Positions 25,403 through 31,365 of a DNA stretch of 31,774 bases are shown here, piece after piece. The position numbers and the translations under genes are program-made. Each line of letters begins with the position of its first letter. Position 1 is the first letter of the stretch. The DNA comes from a virus (Duplodnaviria; Caudoviricetes): positions 1 to 31,774 of the IMG/VR virus record IMGVR_UViG_3300036987_000043; one strand, 5' to 3'. Under the pieces are notes generated by a model. The model saw only the letters and a list, made by a program, of their open reading frames with translations, had not been told where the DNA came from and did no database searches.

Positions 25403-25420
25403 GATTTTGCTCCTTTCGAT

Positions 25421-25612
25421 TCAGGCTCGACGTTTCAGGAATTCAGGAATGTCCAAGGGATGCGCCATGCCCGGCGCGTTCGTCGCAGCCTCCGGCGACG
25501 AAAAACCAACCGGCGCTGCATGGGCTGGGGATGAGGGAAATGCAGCGCCGGCCGGACGTCCCGCCTCGGGGGTGGATTCGAATGGATTGGGAAGATCAAT
25601 GATGCCGTTCAT
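25421..25612 (-). CDS. 63-aa disordered protein ending in an FtsZ C-terminal-peptide-like motif (LDIPEFLKRRA)
   Basis: SD GAGGA and ATGA overlap with the upstream stop; Pro/Ala/Ser-rich linker; terminal LDIPxFL+basic motif. Confidence 0.65.
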   Translation of the reverse strand: MNGIIDLPNPFESTPEAGRPAGAAFPSSPAHAAPVGFSSPEAATNAPGMAHPLDIPEFLKRRA

Positions 25613-26274
25613 GCCGCGTCCTCTGCTTGGGGTTCAGAGGCAGCGCAAACCTGTGCTATCGTTGCCCTTTTTTGAAGGGGTAAATGGATTTGAGTTCGCT
25701 GTTGAGCGCGGAAATCTGGCCGTGGGTCCGCGATACGGCGACCATCGGCGCGGTAGCTGGAATTGTGAGTGTCGCGGCGCGCGTCCTGTACGAGAAGCGC
25801 AAACAATTGCCGATGATCGACCACAAGATGACTTACACGCGGCACCCGTCCGGCGCTGTTACGGGGTCGCTCGCAGTCACCGTTTACAACCGAGCCGCCG
25901 CGCCTCTGGAATTCCAGAGCCTGAAAATTCTTTCGCCCGAAGGGGTAAAATTCCAGCCGGGGCAAAGAACCAGCGCGGATGGCAAAACGGCCTATGTCGG
26001 ACTGGATATCCCATCGTCCTTGCCGGGTGCCGACAAATGGTCGTCGGGGACGAAATCCGTTGGAATTGTCTGGTCCGGCGAAGCGAAGGCTCGCATTTTT
26101 GTCGCCATGCGCTCCAACAACCAGTTGGTCGTTCGCAGGCTGTCGCGAATCTCGATCACGCTCATGAACAACATGCCGATCGCAAGCGACACCGCGAACC
26201 CGACCGCCAGCGCCGCGGCGCCCAACAGATAATACAGCATGGAAAGAATCCTTGATGGGCGACGACGCAGTCAT
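25609..26274 (-). CDS. 221-codon ORF antisense to the moron, coupled to cro upstream and to the 63-aa gene downstream
   Basis: ATGA overlaps at both ends; the sequence looks like an antisense shadow, so protein function is doubtful. Confidence 0.35.
   Translation of the reverse strand: MTASSPIKDSFHAVLSVGRRGAGGRVRGVACDRHVVHERDRDSRQPANDQLVVGAHGDKNASLRFAGPDNSNGFRPRRPFVGTRQGRWDIQSDIGRFAIRAGSLPRLEFYPFGRKNFQALEFQRRGGSVVNGDCERPRNSAGRVPRVSHLVVDHRQLFALLVQDARRDTHNSSYRADGRRIADPRPDFRAQQRTQIHLPLQKRATIAQVCAASEPQAEDAA
25684..26232 (+). CDS. Moron-like membrane-anchored protein (182 aa) antisense to the early operon
   Basis: SD AAGGGG; extended -10-like TGcTATCGT at 25654-25662; N-terminal hydrophobic helix then a beta-rich domain. 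Confidence 0.7.
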   Translation: MDLSSLLSAEIWPWVRDTATIGAVAGIVSVAARVLYEKRKQLPMIDHKMTYTRHPSGAVTGSLAVTVYNRAAAPLEFQSLKILSPEGVKFQPGQRTSADGKTAYVGLDIPSSLPGADKWSSGTKSVGIVWSGEAKARIFVAMRSNNQLVVRRLSRISITLMNNMPIASDTANPTASAAAPNR

Positions 26275-26537
26275 GCCGCCGCCCCCTCTTCAGCATTGGG
26301 TTCAGAGGTGGCGGGGCGGTTTGCCTCGTCGATGGCAGGCCAAGGAAGGTCAGGACGGAGTTCTATCGCCGTGACAGCGCCTCCGGTCGCCTGCTCGATC
26401 GCCATAGCGAGTTCGGCAGAACAGCGCTCGGTGTCCTTCGCCTGCCAGATGGACGGCTGCTTTACGCCGCACGCGTCCGCCAGCTTGGCCTGCGAGCCGA
26501 GGATGCTAATTGCCTTCTCGATGAGTTCTCGAACCAT
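26271..26537 (-). CDS. cro: Cro-like repressor (YdaS family)
   Basis: AI...GSQ.KLA..CGV.QPSI.., A..IE.ATGG.VT..ELRPDL; divergent from cI. Confidence 0.9.
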   Translation of the reverse strand: MVRELIEKAISILGSQAKLADACGVKQPSIWQAKDTERCSAELAMAIEQATGGAVTAIELRPDLPWPAIDEANRPATSEPNAEEGAAA

Positions 26538-26543
26538 GATTAC

Positions 26544-26615
26544 CGAATAACAGGCAAACCGATAATATTCAATAGTTTTTTCTTTCGTGCCTGTTAATAG
26601 GTTTTCCTGTATAAA
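26544..26615. promoter_or_regulatory. OR region: PR, PRM and 14-bp operators
   Basis: Minus-strand TTGAAT(26572-26567)-17 bp-TATTCG(26549-26544); plus-strand TATAAA 26610-26615; operators ACAGGCAAACCGAT 26550-26563 and ATAGGTTTTCCTGT 26597-26610; degenerate site at 26572-26585. Confidence 0.7.
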
Positions 26616-27275
26616 ATGATTATGAATTCCAAAGAGATAGGACAAATCATCAAGGCCGCCCGCGAGGCGAGAGGGCTTTCGCAGGCCCAACTCGGCGCGC
26701 TAATCGGCGTGAAGCAGGCGTCAATCTTCTCGATTGAGGCTGGCGACACCCAGCGAAGCAAGTTTTTGCCTGAGATCATCCGAGAATTGGCCATCGCACC
26801 CGAGGACGTTGGCCTGCCCAAGGCAGTTGCCCCGGCGGCCGGCATGGCCCCCGTTGGCGATCCCTACGGGCCAAGGGATTTCCGTATTTTCACCGCGGCC
26901 GAAGGCGGTGCCGGCGAGATAATTCGATCCGCAGAGCCGGTCGATTGGTGGCCGCGCCCCATCGAGGTGCAGCAGGTTAAGGGTGCTTACGGTATGTATA
27001 TCGTTGGCGAATCAATGGTCCCGGAATTCCGCCCGGGAAATGTCGCGGTCATCAATCCGCATCTTCCGCATGTCGCCGATAAGCCCTACATTTTCTATGC
27101 CGAAACAGAATCCGGCGTCGTTCGCGCGACGGTGAAATTGCTCCGCAAACAGACCGGCGACGCGTGGCATGTAACCCAGCACAACCCGCCGCCCGGGCAT
27201 AAACACGATTTTACGCTGCCTAAGAAGCTTTGGCGGGAAGCGCACCGAATCGTGGGGCGGCAAGACCCTAGCTAA
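26616..27275 (+). CDS. cI: CI-like repressor (XRE HTH plus S24 autopeptidase); start may be 26622
   Basis: IKAAREARGLSQAQLG..IGV.Q.SI..IE.G; catalytic VGESM.P (Ser) and ATVK (Lys). Confidence 0.93.
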   Translation: MIMNSKEIGQIIKAAREARGLSQAQLGALIGVKQASIFSIEAGDTQRSKFLPEIIRELAIAPEDVGLPKAVAPAAGMAPVGDPYGPRDFRIFTAAEGGAGEIIRSAEPVDWWPRPIEVQQVKGAYGMYIVGESMVPEFRPGNVAVINPHLPHVADKPYIFYAETESGVVRATVKLLRKQTGDAWHVTQHNPPPGHKHDFTLPKKLWREAHRIVGRQDPS

Positions 27276-28164
27276 CCATCAAAAGAAAATCGCTTTCGCC
27301 AACAATCTTGATGCGCGATCCCTTGGCGATCATCCCCTCGCACTTGCGATGCTTTGAGCTTTTTTCCTGCCCCTTTGTAAATCTGAGGTCTTGGTCACCA
27401 ACAACCAGGATCGTCGTCTTTTTGGTAACGCCGTCGGCCACATCAGCGCCAGCTTCCGCTGCCTTCGCCGCAGCCTCTCCCCTCGGAAGGTTTAGCGCCC
27501 CGGTAAAGACCACGATCTCTCCAAGGAGCGGCCCGTCGCCGTCGCCCTGCCTTGCATGCTTCCCTGCGTAAGACGGTTTGCGCGGCCGCCGAACGACGGT
27601 GCCGGCGGCAGTAGTTTCGTAGCCGATCTCATCGATCCAGCCTTGCAGGGGTATGCCGGTATCGTTGATAGCCCGCATAACCACCAGGCCAGCGCAGCGC
27701 GCGTCTTCTGCTGCGTCGTGATGCTTAAACTGGATCTGAAACAACCTAGCTAGGTTGGCGAGGCCGTACCCGCCATCTTCACGATGGCTTGCCCAACTGC
27801 GGCGGGCCACCTGTAAGCTATCAAGCCATGTGCAGGGTAAGCCAACGGTCGAATATTTGACCGCAGCCCGAGCAAGCGCCGTCCGATCGAAAGGACTATG
27901 GTGGACGATCGCCGCGTCACGCAGCGCCTCACCTATAATCGGGAAAACCTTCGCCATCGTTGGCCTGCCGCGGACGTCGTCAGGCCGTATGCCGTGAATG
28001 CTAATATTGACCGGGTCGAAATCGTCTTCCGGATCAACAAGTATAGTTAGAGACCTGAAAATCTCGCCCTGCTTGAAGTGGACCAAGCCGATCGAGCAGA
28101 TGCTCGCAAAGTCCGCATTAGCCGTTTCGACGTCCAACGCCACAAAATCAGTAACCGCAACCAT
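27268..28164 (-). CDS. DEDDh (DnaQ-like) 3'-5' exonuclease fused to a C-terminal BRCT domain
   Basis: ExoI ALDVETAN, ExoII HHSPFD, ExoIII HHDAAEDA; BRCT G..VVFTG.L...R.EA......G......VTKKT..LVVG; SD GGGAG before ATG 28164. Confidence 0.9.
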   Translation of the reverse strand: MVAVTDFVALDVETANADFASICSIGLVHFKQGEIFRSLTILVDPEDDFDPVNISIHGIRPDDVRGRPTMAKVFPIIGEALRDAAIVHHSPFDRTALARAAVKYSTVGLPCTWLDSLQVARRSWASHREDGGYGLANLARLFQIQFKHHDAAEDARCAGLVVMRAINDTGIPLQGWIDEIGYETTAAGTVVRRPRKPSYAGKHARQGDGDGPLLGEIVVFTGALNLPRGEAAAKAAEAGADVADGVTKKTTILVVGDQDLRFTKGQEKSSKHRKCEGMIAKGSRIKIVGESDFLLMVS

Positions 28165-28259
28165 GATGCTCTCCCATGCCCGAAGGCAGGATTCCGCCAT
28201 CGAGCAAAGGATTCAAGTCATTGGAATGACTCAATAAAACCGGATCGACAGCTTTATTG

Positions 28260-28309
28260 ATAGTTTTTCCTGTTTTCCCTGTTGACTTAATAGTTTTGCC
28301 TGTTACTCT
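28260..28309 (+). promoter_or_regulatory. OL/PL: promoter with two 14-bp operators
   Basis: ATAGTTTTTCCTGT 28260-28273 and ATAGTTTTGCCTGT 28290-28303 match the OR sites; TTGACT(28282-28287)-16 bp-TACTCT(28304-28309). Confidence 0.75.
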
Positions 28310-28348
28310 CCTCCCCATCGGTTCTTATCCAGATGGGGAGCGCGGAAA

Positions 28349-28546
28349 ATGCCAAATCCTACAAACGCAATGATCCAGCGGGTTGCCGATTGGCACGGCG
28401 AGCACGCTTGTAAGGCGTGGTCAGAATTCCAGCGATGGGACAACAAACACGACGTCACCGCCAAAGAGGCGCTGGATGCTTATTGTCGGCATGTTGCAAC
28501 CGCTGACCGGCTCCGCGTTCAGGCCTCGCTGCGGGAGGCCGCGTGA
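28349..28546 (+). CDS. First PL-operon hypothetical protein
   Basis: SD GGGGAG; stop coupled to the next gene. Confidence 0.65.
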   Translation: MPNPTNAMIQRVADWHGEHACKAWSEFQRWDNKHDVTAKEALDAYCRHVATADRLRVQASLREAA

Positions 28547-28827
28547 TGTCAGCAGCACAGACCAGCACAAATGGGCAGCCAGCGAAGCACCTGAAGCTTG
28601 AGAAGCTTCATGTCCCGGCGGACAAATACAGCTACGCGTTCGGATATATATCGCGCGGGCACTCGATCACGATTGAGCGCTTGGAGGCGCTGCTGGAACA
28701 CCCCGGACGTAAGAGCGATCTTCTGAAAACGATCAAGTCGATCCACGACGATCTCGTTGATGAAGTCGTGAGCCTGCGCAGCAAGCTCGAACTTGACGCC
28801 GCCACCAAGACCGGGGGCGCAGCGTGA
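28543..28827 (+). CDS. Hypothetical protein
   Basis: GTGATG overlap with SD GGAGG. Confidence 0.65.
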   Translation: MMSAAQTSTNGQPAKHLKLEKLHVPADKYSYAFGYISRGHSITIERLEALLEHPGRKSDLLKTIKSIHDDLVDEVVSLRSKLELDAATKTGGAA

Positions 28828-29066
28828 GCGAGAACCAAAAGGACACCGCGCGCGCGATCGTCGCGGCCAAGGCGATCATAGACGGCCGCCAACCTGTCGC
28901 GGACCGATCTTCGATCTTGGTCACGGCAGAGCATGCCTTCGCGGCTGTTCTTATCGCCTGCATGGGCGGAGATCCACGCAAGGCTGCGGCGATGCTCAAC
29001 GAAGGGTTGATCCCGGGCATCGAGCATCGGCTCGCGCTTTACGCTGCCAAGACCGGGGGTGCGTGA
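28824..29066 (+). CDS. Hypothetical protein (80 aa) flanked by 13-bp direct repeats
   Basis: GTGA overlap; CCAAGACCGGGGG at 28805 and 29047. Confidence 0.65.
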   Translation: MSENQKDTARAIVAAKAIIDGRQPVADRSSILVTAEHAFAAVLIACMGGDPRKAAAMLNEGLIPGIEHRLALYAAKTGGA

Positions 29067-29329
29067 TGGCGCGCTTCTCCAAGGCTGAATTCTCCGAACT
29101 GACGACAGGCGATCTGGCATCCCTGACGCCGGGTCAGTTGGCCGTCATCACCGCAATTGCTGACGGTGACGGATACGAGACGATTGCAACAAATCTCAGG
29201 ATCTCAATCGGGACCGTGAAGTCTCGCGCCAACCGCGCGCGATGGAACATCACGCGATCCCGGTTCGCGGCTGCGCAGTCTCAGCACGTCGATGCGAAAG
29301 CCGCCCTTGAAAACGGGGATAGCCGGTGA
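29066..29329 (+). CDS. Stand-alone sigma-70 region 4-like HTH protein
   Basis: L...Q..VI.....G..YE.IA..L.ISIGTVKSR.NRAR; TGATG overlap. Confidence 0.75.
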   Translation: MARFSKAEFSELTTGDLASLTPGQLAVITAIADGDGYETIATNLRISIGTVKSRANRARWNITRSRFAAAQSQHVDAKAALENGDSR

Positions 29330-29892
29330 TGACGACGGCAACCTACCAGCGCCCGACGAAATCTCTTCGCGCCATGACCGCCGACGAACGCCGCGAGCAT
29401 TACGCGCGTGTCGATGTGGAGCTCGCGAAAGTCTCCGCCGATTTGGCCACTGAATTCCGGCGCCGGAACCTGCCGACGGAATGCGTGATCCCTGACTATC
29501 TGCGATGGGGCCGCTCGCGGATGCAGTGTATCCTGATGGTGAGGCATTCTCACCCATCAACGGCCGCGATCAAGGTTTCGCGTGCCGGCGACGCGGCCGT
29601 ATGTTCCTTTCTTCCGCTGTCGAAGATCGAACAGCGTCCGCAAACCTCGGGGCGTTTCGTCCTCGCGATGGTGCCGAAGTGGCTCCGGGAGAAATTGCCG
29701 CCCGCATTCAGCGGCGTGACGCCAGAACTCGTCGGTGATGATTGGTCCGATTCCGAACGAGCGGAATGGGACGACCTTGCCGCGATCTGCTGGAAGATCA
29801 ATTACGAAATCGACATGGCACCGCGCCGGCGAAATTGGCCGGAGCGTTCCGCCGCAATCACATCCACCATCAGCCCGAGCAACGCAGCATGA
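29326..29892 (+). CDS. Hypothetical protein (188 aa)
   Basis: Coupled at both ends. Confidence 0.65.
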   Translation: MMTTATYQRPTKSLRAMTADERREHYARVDVELAKVSADLATEFRRRNLPTECVIPDYLRWGRSRMQCILMVRHSHPSTAAIKVSRAGDAAVCSFLPLSKIEQRPQTSGRFVLAMVPKWLREKLPPAFSGVTPELVGDDWSDSERAEWDDLAAICWKINYEIDMAPRRRNWPERSAAITSTISPSNAA

Positions 29893-30161
29893 CACATATC
29901 GCTTTGGTGAACGAACTCGGATTTTCGCCGGCGGATTTCGTCGCGGCGAAAGAGCGCGAGAACACAATCCGCCGAATGGCGCATGATCTTGTCGCAGAAA
30001 CCGGACGCGGTCTTGATCTTTCCAGCGAGCCGGACGTCGCCTTGTTTCTGTTCGACGGCGCATCCGAGAAATTCGGATGGAAGGCCATCCGCGCGCATAC
30101 CGATGCCGCGGTCTGGCTTGCGCGCGAAACCATTGCTGCGGCCGCAGAAGGGCTTCGATGA
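29889..30161 (+). CDS. Hypothetical protein (90 aa)
   Basis: ATGA overlap at 29889. Confidence 0.6.
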   Translation: MTHIALVNELGFSPADFVAAKERENTIRRMAHDLVAETGRGLDLSSEPDVALFLFDGASEKFGWKAIRAHTDAAVWLARETIAAAAEGLR

Positions 30162-30289
30162 TGGCAGAGATTGTCTTGGCGTTCGTCGTCGGCGGTGTTT
30201 TTGGCGCGCTCGTTATGGTCGCATGGGTTTTCGACGACCCGAAAGCATCGGAGCGCGAGCCTACCGAGGGCGGGGTTTGGCCGCTATGA
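30158..30289 (+). CDS. Small single-pass membrane protein
   Basis: MMAEIVLAFVVGGVFGALVMVAWVFDD; ATGA overlaps at both ends. Confidence 0.55.
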   Translation: MMAEIVLAFVVGGVFGALVMVAWVFDDPKASEREPTEGGVWPL

Positions 30290-30486
30290 CGCAATCAGTA
30301 TTCGAATCTCGGTTTCATTGCGGCGAAAAAGTCATCATCGATGGTGATACTTCCATAACCGCCAGCGTTTTGGGCTTCGCATTTTACCCACATCAGCACC
30401 TAGTTCTGTGCGGCTGGATTCATAACGGCGCGTCGGTCGAGGCATGGGTTGGCGAATTTCGTCTGACGTTGGCGGTGGAATCATGA
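30286..30486 (+). CDS. Small SH3/KOW-like beta-barrel hypothetical protein
   Basis: F..GEKV.IDG, W..NG, W..E.RL; ATGA overlaps. Confidence 0.55.
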   Translation: MTQSVFESRFHCGEKVIIDGDTSITASVLGFAFYPHQHLVLCGWIHNGASVEAWVGEFRLTLAVES

Positions 30487-30968
30487 CTGGAATCCGCCAG
30501 CGCGCGCCGCGCCAGGAAGATCGCGCGCATCTCGCGTTCATCCGCACGCGCAAGTGTTGCATCAGGTACTGCAACCGGCCTGCCGAGGCAGCACACATCC
30601 GGATGGCGTGCCTTGCGATCGGGAAGGAATACACCGGGAAATCAGAGAAGCCTGACGATAAATGGACCGTCCCGCTGTGTCCCTATCATCACCGGATCGG
30701 AATCGATTGCCAGCACAGTATGTCGGAAGAAGAATTCTGGCGCCTGAAGGGCGTCAATCCATTCGGCATCGCCGCTGAACTTTGGAAGGCGTCCGGCGGG
30801 GAAGAACGCGCCGCGACACCGAAGCCCGTCAGGCAACCGCGGAAGATCAAGGCCAGACGGCCGCGCGACAAGCGCAAGAAGATCCCGGTAGGCCGGCCGA
30901 TGAAATCAAATCCCGTCATTCAGTCACGCGGGTTCCCGAAGCGCTACGAGCACAGGACCACATCATGA
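30483..30968 (+). CDS. DUF968-like (HNH-related) protein
   Basis: HL.FIR...CC..C...AEAAH.R, KPDD.W.VPLC..HH.....QH...E..FW. Confidence 0.8.
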   Translation: MTGIRQRAPRQEDRAHLAFIRTRKCCIRYCNRPAEAAHIRMACLAIGKEYTGKSEKPDDKWTVPLCPYHHRIGIDCQHSMSEEEFWRLKGVNPFGIAAELWKASGGEERAATPKPVRQPRKIKARRPRDKRKKIPVGRPMKSNPVIQSRGFPKRYEHRTTS

Positions 30969-31342
30969 AGCCAGAGACAGTAGAAGATCGGGTGGCGCAT
31001 ACGCCGGGGCCGTGGACAATTCAGCGGCGCTCGCCCGCCGCCGTCCGGTGGGATTCGATCATTCGTGGAAGCAATGGCGAACCTGTCGCGTCAAGTCTGG
31101 CCGCAGGATATCCCGAACGAGAATCCGAAGCCAACGCCCGCCTGATCGCTGCCGCGCCTGATCTGCTGAAGGCGCTGAAAACGGCAATCCGCATTGCCAA
31201 TGAAGCGCGCATCGAATGGGACCGCGCACCGGGCGGCATGAAGGCAGGCAAGCTGTTGATCTCTTTATCAGACCCGACGCTCAACTACCGTGCCGATATC
31301 ACCGAAATGCACGCCGCCCTCACCAAGGCATCTGTCAGATGA
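30965..31342 (+). CDS. Conserved phage protein (HTPGPW...ANARLIAAAPDLL family)
   Basis: Both signature motifs present. Confidence 0.75.
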   Translation: MKPETVEDRVAHTPGPWTIQRRSPAAVRWDSIIRGSNGEPVASSLAAGYPERESEANARLIAAAPDLLKALKTAIRIANEARIEWDRAPGGMKAGKLLISLSDPTLNYRADITEMHAALTKASVR

Positions 31343-31365
31343 AACCAAATACAGGGGATTCAGCG

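Noticed and set aside
25110-26255. 381-aa plus-strand ORF
   Set aside because: Overlaps several better-supported genes on both strands, has no recognisable motif, and has an Arg/Gly-rich shadow composition
26538-26690. Long 139-aa version of Cro from the ORF track
   Set aside because: The extension runs through the operator/promoter region and into cI; the Cro fold begins at MVRELIEK (26537)
27268-28164. Host dnaQ marking a prophage boundary
   Set aside because: Flanked on both sides by matching phage operators and phage genes, and carries a BRCT domain rather than the epsilon alpha-binding tail
26540-28345. CtrA boxes (TTAA-N7-TTAA) or LexA boxes in the control regions
   Set aside because: Only isolated TTAA half-sites seen (26594, 28287); no full match found by eye
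29557-30294. 245-aa minus-strand ORF in the PL operon
   Set aside because: Antisense to a chain of tightly coupled plus-strand genes; no motif
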